DNA of 64,000 nucleotides from an uncultured Planctomycetales bacterium (GCA_964455625.1 CAYVXZ010000004.1:77207-141206), one strand, 5' to 3'. Counted from the first letter of the stretch, positions 28,421 through 37,838 are shown. Notes: generated by a model not told the origin, from the sequence alone. Program-made: numbers and translations.

Positions 28421-29227
28421 ATGAAGATGACGCTCGCCGCGGTGATCTGCCTCTTCTGGCTCGGGATGACGGGCTGGCTCGTCGAGCGGGAGGTCCTGCC
28501 CACCTTCCGGAAACCCCCGCCGGTCACCTACCGGACGCTTCTGGCGCGGACCCAGTACCCCCATGTCGACCGCTTCTCGCTGGCGGTCGGGGGCGCCGTG
28601 ATCGGCACGCTCGAGGCGGAATACCGCCGCACGCCGGACGGCAAGGGGTACGAGATCGCGAACACCGTGCGCGCCAGGCCGGACCTTGCCCCCGCCTGGC
28701 GGATGGCGCTCGGCGGGGGCGCGATCCCGGCGCTCGGGGAGGTCCGGGGCTCCTGGGCCGTGCGTCTCGACGCCCGGTACCAGCCGATCCGGATCGAGCT
28801 CGCCGCCGAGGCCCCCGCCGTCGGCCTCGACCGGTTCGAGGCGACCGGATGGTTCAAGGACAGCCTGTTCCTCTCCTACCGGATCAACAAGGATCCCCCC
28901 CGGCCCCTGACCCTCGACTGTCCCCCCGGGACCCTCTTCGGGACGGGGATCGGCTGGATCGGGACCGTGGGAAGCCTGAAGCCCGGCAAGCGGTGGAACA
29001 TGACGACGGTGGACATCCTGTCGTCGCTCATGTCCCGCCGGATCCAGACGCAGGACATGGTCTGCACGGTCACGGAGGCGGCCGTCCGCACGATCGGCGG
29101 ACAGGAGGTCCGGGGATTCGTCGTGAAGGCGCGCACGGGCGCGTCGGAGGCCGACCTCTTCTTCTCGGAAGACGGGGAGCTCGCCCAGGCGCGCGCCGCG
29201 GGGCTGGAGATCGTCCGGACTTTCTGA
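28421..29227 (+). CDS. Membrane-anchored hypothetical protein (beta-rich periplasmic domain)
   Basis: N-terminal hydrophobic anchor, normal coding composition, stop 2 nt before the lptF start; no recognised motif. Confidence 0.75.
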   Translation: MKMTLAAVICLFWLGMTGWLVEREVLPTFRKPPPVTYRTLLARTQYPHVDRFSLAVGGAVIGTLEAEYRRTPDGKGYEIANTVRARPDLAPAWRMALGGGAIPALGEVRGSWAVRLDARYQPIRIELAAEAPAVGLDRFEATGWFKDSLFLSYRINKDPPRPLTLDCPPGTLFGTGIGWIGTVGSLKPGKRWNMTTVDILSSLMSRRIQTQDMVCTVTEAAVRTIGGQEVRGFVVKARTGASEADLFFSEDGELAQARAAGLEIVRTF

Positions 29228-29229
29228 CG

Positions 29230-30384
29230 ATGTCCCGCAAGCTCGGCCGGTACATCCTGGGGTCCCTTCTCGTCTCGGTGATCCTGACGACGGGATCCCT
29301 CACGATGATCCTGTGCGTGGGACTCACGATGCGCCTCGTCATGAACGAGGGGCTGCAGCTCGTCCAGCTCTCCCCCCTGGTCGGGCACCTCGCGATCCGG
29401 AGCCTCACCTTCACCCTCCCCCTCGGGATCCTGACGGGGACGATCCTCACCTACGGACGGCTCTCGGCCTCGCGCGAGTTCCAGGCCGCCCAGTGGTGCG
29501 GGGTGCGCCCGGCCGCGCTCTACTGGCCGGGGCTCCTCGTCGGAATCACGGGAAGCCTCGTGGCCTGGGCCGCCAACGACTTCTGGATCCCCCGCAGCCA
29601 GTACAGGCTCGAGCGGACCGTCGAGCGGTCGATCGCGGAGCTGGCGCTCCTCAAGCTCACACACGGGATGCGCGATACCTCCTTCCGGGGGACCCCGCTC
29701 TCGGAAGCGAGCACCGACGAGAACGACGCCCCCCTCCTGCACCTCTTCGTGAAATATCCCCAGCCGGAGGGATATCTGGGGGAGGTCCACATCTTCGAGC
29801 TCGATTCGGAGAAAGGGCATGTCGCCAACGCCGTCTATTTCGCCGAGACCGGCCGGATCGAATTCCTGGGGCACCCCCGGCAGGCGCAGCTCACCCTGGC
29901 CGGGATCGAGTCGATCCATCTCGACCCGACGGGAAACATCGTGACGCGCGTCAAGGACCCGCCCGAACGCCCCCCGGTCCGCTACGCCTTCCCGATGCCC
30001 AAGCCCTTCCAGCAGGTGAAGCGCCAGCAGATCGATTCGGGGGAGATCCTGGCGCTCGTCTCCGACACCGGAAGCGCGGCCTCCGAGGAGCGCCGCGCCT
30101 TCCGGATCGAGTTCGTCGAGCGTCACGCCTCGGCCCTGGCGGCGTTCGTCTTCGCGTTCGCGGGGATCCCGCTGGGGCTCTTCGGCCGGCGCGGCGACTT
30201 CTTCGCCGGGCTGGGTCTCGCGCTCGTCCTCGTCTTCGTCCTCTATTACCCGGCCATGATGCTGGGGCGGATCCTCGCGGGCGGGACCTGGCTTTCCTGC
30301 GCCATCCCGCTGGGGATGCCGGCGGCGATCCTGGCGGCGGCGGCGGCCCTCCTGGGGCGGCGGGTCCTCCGGAGGCAGGTGTGA
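29230..30384 (+). CDS. lptF: LptF/LptG family LPS export permease
   Basis: LGRYIL, TLPLGILTG, YGRLSASREF; three TMs, a periplasmic beta-jellyroll region, then three TMs. Confidence 0.85.
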   Translation: MSRKLGRYILGSLLVSVILTTGSLTMILCVGLTMRLVMNEGLQLVQLSPLVGHLAIRSLTFTLPLGILTGTILTYGRLSASREFQAAQWCGVRPAALYWPGLLVGITGSLVAWAANDFWIPRSQYRLERTVERSIAELALLKLTHGMRDTSFRGTPLSEASTDENDAPLLHLFVKYPQPEGYLGEVHIFELDSEKGHVANAVYFAETGRIEFLGHPRQAQLTLAGIESIHLDPTGNIVTRVKDPPERPPVRYAFPMPKPFQQVKRQQIDSGEILALVSDTGSAASEERRAFRIEFVERHASALAAFVFAFAGIPLGLFGRRGDFFAGLGLALVLVFVLYYPAMMLGRILAGGTWLSCAIPLGMPAAILAAAAALLGRRVLRRQV

Positions 30385-31469
30385 GGCTCCTCGACCTCTA
30401 CGTGATCCGCGTCTACGGGAAGGGGCTGGCCGTCCTGGGATCGGCATGCCTGGCGCTCTACGTCACGGTCGACTTCTTCGACATGGTGGACAACCTCTTC
30501 AAGGACCCGAGCCCCGGGAAGTTCGCGGCGGCCGGTGTCTACTCCCTCTGCCAGATCCCCCTGATCCTCCACTACATGCTCCCCGCGATCGCGCTCCTTG
30601 CGGGCGTGGCGACCATTGCCACCCTCACCCGCGGCGCGGAGCTCCTCACCCTGCAGTCGGCCGGCATCTCCCCGCGGCGGGCCCTCGGGGGGACCTTCCT
30701 CATGGCGGGGCTCCTCTCGGGTTTCGCCTTCATCAACCAGGAGATGATCCTGCCGGCCGTGGCCGCGCCCCTGGAGGAGTCCAAGGAGATCATCAAGCAG
30801 AAACCGCGCGATCCCGACGCGGACACGCGCTTCCACAACCCCGTCGTCGCCACGGACGACCAGGGATGGGTCATCCAGATGGGGTCGATCGACACCGTGA
30901 CGGGAGAGATCGAGCGCGTCACCGCCATGCGCCGCTCCGGGAAGGCCCGGACGGTCCTCACCGCCCGCCGCGGGACCTACGAGAACGCCGTGGGCGCGTG
31001 GCGGCTCTTCGACGGGCAGGTCCAGACCCTCGACGAGACGCGTCCGGAGATCATGCGGTCCCCGTTCCCGCCGGAGGGGCATCTCCTCGTGACCCCCGCC
31101 TCCCCCGACACCATCCTCGAGTCCCAGGAGGAGACCCTGTTCCTCCCCCGGGACGAGCTGCACGCCCGCGCGAAGGAGCACCGCGGGATCGCCTCCCTGC
31201 GCGTCCAGTACTACCACCGCCTGGCGGCCCCCTTCTCCCCCCTGGTCCTCCTCGCGGCGGGGCTCCCGATCTGCCTGTTGCGACGCACGGGGACCCTCGC
31301 CGCCGGGATCTTCCTCACGATCGTGACGGCCGGTCTCTTCTTCTTCACCCAGATCTCGTGCGCCATCCTGGGATCCCAGCGCCTGATCACCGCCCAGCTC
31401 GCCGCCTTCCTTCCCGCCGCGCTCTTCCTGGCACTGGCGGGGTGGGCGTGGTCGCGGATCCGCACGTGA
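30381..31469 (+). CDS. lptG: LptF/LptG family LPS export permease
   Basis: LLDLYVIR, ELLTLQSAGISPRR, same topology as the upstream paralog; GTGA overlap. Confidence 0.85.
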   Translation: MRLLDLYVIRVYGKGLAVLGSACLALYVTVDFFDMVDNLFKDPSPGKFAAAGVYSLCQIPLILHYMLPAIALLAGVATIATLTRGAELLTLQSAGISPRRALGGTFLMAGLLSGFAFINQEMILPAVAAPLEESKEIIKQKPRDPDADTRFHNPVVATDDQGWVIQMGSIDTVTGEIERVTAMRRSGKARTVLTARRGTYENAVGAWRLFDGQVQTLDETRPEIMRSPFPPEGHLLVTPASPDTILESQEETLFLPRDELHARAKEHRGIASLRVQYYHRLAAPFSPLVLLAAGLPICLLRRTGTLAAGIFLTIVTAGLFFFTQISCAILGSQRLITAQLAAFLPAALFLALAGWAWSRIRT

Positions 31470-31492
31470 TGGCGCCCCATCCCGCCGGCCGA

Positions 31493-31498
31493 TAGAAT
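31493..31498 (+). promoter_or_regulatory. -10 element of tRNA-Glu promoter
   Basis: TAGAAT hexamer 12 nt upstream of the tRNA 5' end. Confidence 0.5.
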
Positions 31499-31510
31499 AC
31501 CGTCCTCACC

Positions 31511-31585
31511 GCCCCCATCGTCTAGCCTGGTCTAGGACACAGGCTTTTCAAGCCTGCGACACGGGTTCAAATCCCGTTGGGGGCA
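31511..31585 (+). tRNA. tRNA-Glu (anticodon TTC); CCA not encoded
   Basis: Acceptor stem GCCCCCA/TGGGGGC plus discriminator A; anticodon arm CAGGC-TTTTCAA-GCCTG; T-arm ACGGG-TTCAAAT-CCCGT. Confidence 0.97.
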
Positions 31586-31586
31586 G

Positions 31587-31700
31587 CCGTTTTCGCGTAT
31601 CGCAGGCCATCTGCTGCGTTACTCGGCGAACCGGGTGTCACATCGTAGACACGACGGTTCGCCTCGTGCCTGGCATCTGGCCCACGCTCCGCGAAAACGG
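31587..31700. repeat. Small inverted-repeat-bounded palindromic element immediately 3' of tRNA-Glu
   Basis: 11-bp inverted repeat CCGTTTTCGCG (31587-31597) / CGCGAAAACGG (31690-31700) enclosing a GGCGAACC...GGTTCGCC hairpin. Confidence 0.6.
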
Positions 31701-31831
31701 GTATCGAGCGTAGCGAGAAATGCCCCCAACATTTGAACCGGAAGCCGGCCGGCATCGACGATGCCGAGGCGGCAGGACGCCGTGAAGCGGAAAAATCCGC
31801 CTGTCTCGCGGAACCGGGCTATAGTGCGGAT

Positions 31832-32185
31832 ATGAAGACAATCACTTCGTTCCGGCCTGCCGTGACGTTGCTCCTGGGTCTCGCCCTCTTCGCCGGCCCT
31901 CGCGCGGCGTGGGCCCTCCCCTGCGACGCGGCGCCCGCGGCGCCCGCTCCGGTCTCTCCGGACGCCGGAGACCGCGCGGCCGGAAGGCTCGTCGCGGCGG
32001 GATTGACGCCCGCCCAGGCCGAGGCCCGCGTGGCGGCGATGGCCCCCGAGGAGATCGCCCATGTCGCCGACGCCGCCCCCGAGATCCGGAGCGGCGGGGA
32101 CGGCCTGGTCACGGTCCTCGTCGTGGTCGCCATCGTCGCGATCGTGTACATGGTCGTGGACTACCACCACCGGCATCACGATTGA
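31832..32185 (+). CDS. PA2779-family exported protein, copy 1
   Basis: Signal peptide, AAGLTPAQAEARVAAMAPEEIAHVA, GGD, hydrophobic C-terminal helix. Confidence 0.85.
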   Translation: MKTITSFRPAVTLLLGLALFAGPRAAWALPCDAAPAAPAPVSPDAGDRAAGRLVAAGLTPAQAEARVAAMAPEEIAHVADAAPEIRSGGDGLVTVLVVVAIVAIVYMVVDYHHRHHD

Positions 32186-32253
32186 CGGGAAGGCCTCCTC
32201 CCACCTCCCAAAAACGGCTGTATCCCTTCCCGACGTTTGCCGATAGGTCTTTC

Positions 32254-32616
32254 ATGAAAAAGACCCTTCACCTCCCGGTCGTCGTCCTCTTCTCCTCACT
32301 CCTCTTCCTCGGGCCCCGGAGCGCCCAGGCCCTGACCGCCCCCGGCGGTCCCGACGTCCCCGCGAAGGCCCCGGCCGGCGCCGACCAGCGCGCCCGCGCC
32401 ACGGAAAGGCTCGCGTTGGCCGGTCTCCCGGCCGATGACGCCGCCTCGCGCGTCGCGGCAATGGCACCCGAAGAGGTCTCGCACGTCGCCGATACGGCAC
32501 CGGAAGTGCGAAACGGCGGCGACGCCGGATCGACCGTGCTCCTTCTCATCGCGGTTGCGGCGATCACCTACATCGTGTTTGATTACATCTATTACCACCG
32601 CGCCCCGGCCTACTAG
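32254..32616 (+). CDS. PA2779-family exported protein, copy 2
   Basis: Paralog of the previous gene: LAGLPADDAASRVAAMAPEEVSHVA, GGD, hydrophobic tail. Confidence 0.85.
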   Translation: MKKTLHLPVVVLFSSLLFLGPRSAQALTAPGGPDVPAKAPAGADQRARATERLALAGLPADDAASRVAAMAPEEVSHVADTAPEVRNGGDAGSTVLLLIAVAAITYIVFDYIYYHRAPAY

Positions 32617-32623
32617 CCCTTCC

Positions 32624-33577
32624 CTGGTCCCCGAGCGCCGGTCCCCCCGCGGGGGCCGGCGTTTCTTGTTGCCCCTCGTTTCCTGCTTCCTGGCCGGTTG
32701 CTCCACGGCCGGCTCCGTCGGAAAGGAGATCAGCGCGGGAAAGCGTCCCGGCGCCTGGATCCCCGGGGTCCCCGCCGAGCGGCAGGCCACCCCCGAGTCG
32801 TGCGGCGCCAACGCCCTCGCGTCGCTCCTCGGATTCTGGAAGATCCCCGCGACCCAGCGGGAGCTCCACGAGACGCTCCATGTCCCGGCGGTGAAGGGGA
32901 CCCTCACGGTCGACCTCTGGCGCGCGGCGCGCGCCCGCGGGCTCTGGGTCTGGGAGAAGGACACCCTCGCAAGGCAGGACCTCCTCGATCTGGTGACCTG
33001 GGGGATCCCCCCCCTGGTCCTCACGAAACGCCGCTCGGGGAATCGCCTCCTCGACCACTACCTCGTCCTCACGGGGTTCGACGCCGCGAAGGACCGCTGG
33101 ATCGCCCAGGCGGGCCTGGGGATCGAGGAACTGATCCCCGGGGAGTCGCTCTCGGCCGGGTGGTCGGCGGCGGGACGGTGGGCGCTTGTCGCCGCCCCGC
33201 CGGACACCGAAGCGGGATGGCTCGCCTGGCGCCTGGCGGACCCCGCCGAATGGCGCTGCCGGAACAATCTCGCCGAGGCGCGCGTCGGCCAGAAGCGGCT
33301 CGACGAGGCGGAACGGTTCCTGGCCGAGGCCCTGGCCGTCGCCCCGCCGGAGGAGACGGATCCGGCCGCCTGGGCCTACCTCAAGGACACGCACGGAAGG
33401 CTCCTGTCGGCCCGGGGGGACGCGGCCGGGGCGCTCGCCCTCCACTGCGAGGCGCTGCGCCTCGCGCGCCTGGCGGGGCTCCCCGAGGCGCCCCTCCGGG
33501 AAATCCGGGCCCGCCGGGATGCGGCCGCCGCCTTGAGCCCCCCCCCCAGCTTGACCCCCCCCCCGGAAACCGAATAG
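32624..33577 (+). CDS. PA2778-like C39-family cysteine peptidase lipoprotein with C-terminal TPR
   Basis: Lipobox FLAGC; catalytic Q..C (QATPESCGANALA), H and D (DHYLVLTGFD); TPR-like tail. Start uncertain (CTG 32624 or TTG 32666). Confidence 0.8.
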   Translation: MVPERRSPRGGRRFLLPLVSCFLAGCSTAGSVGKEISAGKRPGAWIPGVPAERQATPESCGANALASLLGFWKIPATQRELHETLHVPAVKGTLTVDLWRAARARGLWVWEKDTLARQDLLDLVTWGIPPLVLTKRRSGNRLLDHYLVLTGFDAAKDRWIAQAGLGIEELIPGESLSAGWSAAGRWALVAAPPDTEAGWLAWRLADPAEWRCRNNLAEARVGQKRLDEAERFLAEALAVAPPEETDPAAWAYLKDTHGRLLSARGDAAGALALHCEALRLARLAGLPEAPLREIRARRDAAAALSPPPSLTPPPETE

Positions 33578-33613
33578 ACTTCCCCTTCTTCGACCCGACC
33601 CTAAGGAGGCTGC

Positions 33614-35482
33614 ATGCCCGAAACGCTCGCCGCTAGTCCCCGGAAGACCGACGCCCCCCGCGGGGAGATCGTGAACGACTTCTCGATCCAGGTGGCGACC
33701 GCCAACGGATCGGGGTCGCAGTCCTCCAACAGCATCCTGATCCGGTCGATCTTCCAGATGGGGATTCCCGTCAGCGGGAAAAACCTCTTCCCGTCGAACA
33801 TCCAGGGGCTCCCCACCTGGTACACGATCCGCGTCTCGAAGGACGGCTACATCGCCCGCAACCCCTCGATCGACATCCTCGTCGTCATGAACCCTGACAC
33901 CGTGGAAGAGGACGTCCGGACGATGCGCCCGGGGGCGGTCCTCGTGGCGAACGACGCCCTCAAGTTCACGAAGCGCGACGACGTCCTCACCTACTCGATC
34001 CCGTTCGGCAAGATCGTCGCCGCCTGCTGTCCCGAGGTGCGCCTCCGGAAGAAGGTCGAGAACATGATCTACGTCGGGGTCCTCCAGGAGCTTCTCGGGA
34101 TCGACCCGGCGCAGGTCGAGGCCTCCACCAAGAAGCAGTTCAAGGGGAAGGCGAAGGTCGTGGACCTGAACCTGACCGCCATCAAGGCGGGGGTCCAGTA
34201 CGCCAAGGACAACCTCAAGAAGATCGACCCCTACCGCGTCGCCCCGATGAACAAGACACAGGGGAAGATCCTGATAGAAGGAAATGCCGCCGCCGCCATC
34301 GGATGCGTCATGGCCGGCTGCACGGTGCTGGCCTGGTATCCGATCACGCCGAGCTCCAGCCTCGCCGAGGGGGTGATCGACCTCTTCGAGACCTACCGTG
34401 TGGACCCCGTGACGAAAAAGGCAACCTACGCCGTCGTCCAGGCCGAGGACGAGCTCGCCTCGATCGGGATGGTGATGGGGGCCGGCTGGGCCGGCGCACG
34501 CTCGATGACCACGACCTCCGGCCCCGGGATCTCGCTCATGGCGGAGTTCGTGGGCCTCGGCTACTTCGCCGAGATCCCCGGCGTCATCTTCGACGTCCAG
34601 CGCGTCGGCCCTTCCACGGGATTGCCGACACGAACCAGCCAGGGAGACATTTCCTTCGCGGCGACGCTTTCCCACGGCGACACGAAACACATCCTCCTCC
34701 TGCCCCACTCCGTGGCCGAGGCGTACCAGTTCGCGCAGGACGCCTTCGACCTGGCCGAGCAGTTCCAGACGCCGGTGTTCGTGATGCTCGACCTCGACCT
34801 CGGGATGAACAACTGGATGTCCGACCCCTTCCCCTACCCGACGAAGGGGATCACGCGCGGCAAGGTCCTCTCGGCCGCCGACCTCGACAAGGTCAAGGCG
34901 TTCGCGCGCTACAAGGACGTCGACGGCGACGGGATCCCGTACCGCACGATCCCCGGGACGAACCACCCCCTGGCCGGGTACTTCACCCGCGGGAGCGGCC
35001 ACAACGAGCGGGCGCTCTATTCCGAGAAACCCGAGGACCACAAGGCCACCCTGGACCGGCTCGCGAAGAAATACGAGACCGCGCGCACCTTCGTCCCGAA
35101 GCCGGTCCTGGACGAGACCGCCGGCGCCGAGGTCGGGATCATCGCCTACGGCACCAGCCACTGGGCGATCCTCGAGGCGCGCGACCACATGACCGCCGAC
35201 GGCCTCGCGACGAGCTACCTGCGTCTGCGGTCCCTCCCCTTCACTGCGGAGGTGAAGGCGTTCATCGAGAAGCATCCCCGCGTCTACGTCGTCGAGCAGA
35301 ACCGCGACGCCCAGGTCACCTCGCTCCTCCGGAACGAGTACCCCCAGCACGCGGCGAAGATCCGCCCCGTCCTCCATTACGACGGGATGCCTCTCGACGC
35401 CGGCTCGGTCGAGGACGTCATTCGCGAACAGGAAGGCCCCGGCGCCCGGAAACAGGCCGCCGCCAAGGGAGGTGCCCGATGA
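33614..35482 (+). CDS. korA: 2-oxoacid:ferredoxin oxidoreductase alpha subunit (gamma-alpha fusion)
   Basis: TANGSGSQS, LIEGNAAAAIG, WYPITPSS, QAEDELASI, TSGPGISLM, QRVGPSTGLPT. Substrate specificity not determined. Confidence 0.93.
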   Translation: MPETLAASPRKTDAPRGEIVNDFSIQVATANGSGSQSSNSILIRSIFQMGIPVSGKNLFPSNIQGLPTWYTIRVSKDGYIARNPSIDILVVMNPDTVEEDVRTMRPGAVLVANDALKFTKRDDVLTYSIPFGKIVAACCPEVRLRKKVENMIYVGVLQELLGIDPAQVEASTKKQFKGKAKVVDLNLTAIKAGVQYAKDNLKKIDPYRVAPMNKTQGKILIEGNAAAAIGCVMAGCTVLAWYPITPSSSLAEGVIDLFETYRVDPVTKKATYAVVQAEDELASIGMVMGAGWAGARSMTTTSGPGISLMAEFVGLGYFAEIPGVIFDVQRVGPSTGLPTRTSQGDISFAATLSHGDTKHILLLPHSVAEAYQFAQDAFDLAEQFQTPVFVMLDLDLGMNNWMSDPFPYPTKGITRGKVLSAADLDKVKAFARYKDVDGDGIPYRTIPGTNHPLAGYFTRGSGHNERALYSEKPEDHKATLDRLAKKYETARTFVPKPVLDETAGAEVGIIAYGTSHWAILEARDHMTADGLATSYLRLRSLPFTAEVKAFIEKHPRVYVVEQNRDAQVTSLLRNEYPQHAAKIRPVLHYDGMPLDAGSVEDVIREQEGPGARKQAAAKGGAR

Positions 35483-36537
35483 GCCCGACCGTCACCCCGA
35501 CGCCCCCCGCCCCCTCGGCCGCCCCGGTGAACCGGGTCGGCCTCACCGCCAAGGAATATGACGGCGCCCCGTCGACGCTCTGCAAGGGGTGCGGGCACGA
35601 CTCGATCACCAACCGCCTGATCCAGGCGTGCTGGGAGATGGGGGTCGAGCCCCACCGCGTCGCCAAGATGAGCGGGATCGGGTGCAGCTCGAAGACCCCC
35701 GCCTACTTCCTGGGCAAGTCCCACGGGATCAACGCCGTCCACGGCCGGATGCCCTCCATCGCCACGGGAACGATGGTCGCCAACCGCACGCTCATGGCGA
35801 TCGGCGTCTCTGGAGACGGCGACACCGCCTCGATCGGGATGGGCCAGTTCTGCCACCTGATCCGCCGGAACGTCCCGATGCTCTACATCATCGAGAACAA
35901 CGGCGTCTACGGCCTCACGAAAGGCCAGTTCTCCGCCACCGCCGACGTCGGCTCCGTCCAGAAAGGCGGCGCCGCGAACGAGTACCACCCGATCGACTGT
36001 TGCGCGCTCGCCATCAACCTCGGGTGCGGTTTCGTGGCGCGCACCTTCTCCGGCGACGCCAAACAGCTCCTCCAGATCCTCAAGGCCGCCCTCGCCTACC
36101 AGGGGACGGCCCTGATCGACGTCATCTCGCCCTGCGTCACCTTCAACGACCACGAGGGCTCGACCAAGTCCTACAAGCACGCGAAGGAGACCGACACCCC
36201 CCTCCACGAGATCGGGTTCGTTCCCTACTTCGAGGAGATCAAGGTCGACTACGCCCCCGGCGCCGCGCAGGAAGTGACGATGCACGACGGCTCGAAGCTG
36301 GTCCTGAAGAAGCTCCAGACGGACTACAACCCCAGCGACCGGATGCAGGCCCTCCAGATCATCGAGAAGGGCCAGAAGGAGAACCACCTCATCACCGGGA
36401 TCCTCTACATCGACCCGAAGCTCAAGAACTTCAACGAACACCTGAACCTGGTGGACGAGCCCCTGGCGACCCTTCCCATGGAGAAGACCCGCCTCCCGAA
36501 GGCCGCGCTTGACGAGATCATGGAGTCGTACAAGTAA
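35479..36537 (+). CDS. korB: 2-oxoacid:ferredoxin oxidoreductase beta subunit
   Basis: LCKGCGH, SGIGCS, HGR, TPP motif GDGD...ENNGVYGLTKGQFS, ISPCVTFN. Confidence 0.93.
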   Translation: MSPTVTPTPPAPSAAPVNRVGLTAKEYDGAPSTLCKGCGHDSITNRLIQACWEMGVEPHRVAKMSGIGCSSKTPAYFLGKSHGINAVHGRMPSIATGTMVANRTLMAIGVSGDGDTASIGMGQFCHLIRRNVPMLYIIENNGVYGLTKGQFSATADVGSVQKGGAANEYHPIDCCALAINLGCGFVARTFSGDAKQLLQILKAALAYQGTALIDVISPCVTFNDHEGSTKSYKHAKETDTPLHEIGFVPYFEEIKVDYAPGAAQEVTMHDGSKLVLKKLQTDYNPSDRMQALQIIEKGQKENHLITGILYIDPKLKNFNEHLNLVDEPLATLPMEKTRLPKAALDEIMESYK

Positions 36538-36559
36538 ACGAAAACACGAACCGCGGATA

Positions 36560-36600
36560 AAAACCGCCGGGAGGCCGAAGCCTTCCGGCGGTTTTCATTT
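36560..36600. terminator. Rho-independent (bidirectional) terminator after korB
   Basis: AAAACCGCCGG-GAGGC-CGAA-GCCTT-CCGGCGGTTTT hairpin with A- and T-runs. Confidence 0.85.
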
Positions 36601-36606
36601 CAAGAC

Positions 36607-36741
36607 ACGGACGAAACCCGAAGCCCGCAACCCGATTCCCGGAACCCGTTTCCCGAAGTCCGAAACCCCGGGCTTCGTCCGTTCTTTCGGGGTACGGGAC
36701 TCGTCTGTTTCCTTTCGGAGTCCGGGACTCGGGGCTCGAAA
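36607..36741. repeat. Heptameric (7-bp period) degenerate tandem repeats in two opposite orientations
   Basis: NNNCCCG-type units at 36614-36662 (AAACCCG AAGCCCG CAACCCG ATTCCCG GAACCCG TTTCCCG AAGTCCG), then NNCGGGN-type units in 7-bp register from 36686. Confidence 0.75.
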
Positions 36742-36845
36742 CCCGCGTCCGCTTACCAAAGCCCGATATCCGCTTTGCATCTCCTTGGTTCGTTGCCAGC
36801 TCGGCGCCCCCCTCCGGTTGAGGGCGCCTCGCTGGCGCCAGAAAG

Positions 36846-37528
36846 GAGATCCGTGTGGGCCGTAAACGCGTCGCACGCCTCATGAAAACGGCCGGTTTAG
36901 AGGGGGCCAGCCGTCGTCGATGGTGCATGACGACGGTCCGCGGGAAGGACGCTGCGCCCGCGCCGGACCTGGTCCGGCGGGCATTCGAGGCCACAGGACC
37001 GGATCGGCTCTGGGTGGCGGACATCACGTACATCCCGACCTGGTCGGGATTCCTGTATCTGGCGGTCGTACTGGATGCCTGGAGCCGGCGGATCGTGGGA
37101 TGGGCAATGGCGACGCACCTCAAAACCGAATTGGTTTTGGCGGCCCTGGAGATGGCGGTAGGCCTCCGAAAGCCCACCGGGGTCATCCACCACTCGGACC
37201 AGGGGTGCCAGTACACCTCCATCGCCTTCGGACTGCGGTGCCGGGAGGCTGGCGTGCGTCCCTCCATGGGCTCGGTCGGGGATGCCTACGACAACGCGAT
37301 GTGCGAGTCCTTTTTCGCCACCCTCGAGTGCGAGCTTCTGGCCAGACGGAGATTCCGCTCCCAGGCCGAGGCCCGCATGGCCGTCTTCGACTTCATCGAG
37401 GAGTGGTACAACCCACGCCGGAGGCATTCCGCACTGGACTACGACTCGCCCGTCCAGTACGAAAAGAGGCGTTTGAAGGAGCCTTGTGACTCAAGCCGTT
37501 GACTGTCCACAGAAACGGGGCAACTCCA
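36846..37528 (+). mobile_element. 5'-truncated IS3-family insertion sequence with intact right end
   Basis: OrfB integrase core plus a right inverted repeat ending ...TGTCCACAGAAACGGGGCAACTCCA (CA terminus at 37528). OrfA and left end not found. Confidence 0.88.
36855..37502 (+). pseudogene. IS3 transposase OrfB fragment (rve/DDE core)
   Basis: GRKRVARLM, WVADITYI, YLAVVLDAWSR, HHSDQGCQY, DNAMCESFF, YNPRRRHSAL. In-frame TGA at 36819 upstream. Confidence 0.9.
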
Positions 37529-37838
37529 CCCCTTTCCTGCCTCATCAGCCCGGCAAAGCCAACTTATCCAGGATTCGTTTTCAAAAATTGAAGTCCATGG
37601 ATATTCGGGCCGACGTGGAATTCATTTTAAGTTTTGGCCATTTTCTCGCGAAAACCTTGAATTACCGAGCAGCGACAAAGAGCCAATCTGGTGGCTCAAA
37701 GCTTGTTTGACGGGTTGGCCGAAGGCCAGAGATCCATCTCGGTGGTTACAAACCTTTATTAATCTTTCCCGGCGCGCGATGGAAGGCAGCGGCCCCGGAC
37801 GGGCGCGGGCGGCCGGGGCGTTGTGGAGCAACCCAAGT

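Noticed and set aside
33538-33564. Two 10-C homopolymer runs at the peptidase 3' end (also a 9-C run at 133-141)
   Set aside because: They encode Pro-rich termini or linkers in a GC-rich genome. Slippage at the 3' end would alter only the last residues, and there is no evidence of phase variation.
31511-33600. tRNA-Glu as integration site of a genomic island
   Set aside because: No duplicated tRNA 3' end and no integrase downstream; the following genes have host-like composition.
32564-35377. 937-aa minus-strand ORF, and similar long shadow ORFs such as 18160-21153 (+), 2857-4839 (-), 24603-26555 (+) and 52178-53038 extensions
   Set aside because: Antisense or alternate-frame shadows of clear genes. 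They are Arg/Gly/Pro-rich with no motifs, as expected from stop-codon scarcity at high GC.
36607-36741. Possible CRISPR array
   Set aside because: Units are 7-bp degenerate repeats without 25-40 bp repeat/spacer structure, and there are no cas genes in the window.
37530-37760. AT-rich fragment as an intact gene
   Set aside because: Stops interrupt the candidate frames and no motif is recognisable; treated as an unassigned remnant.
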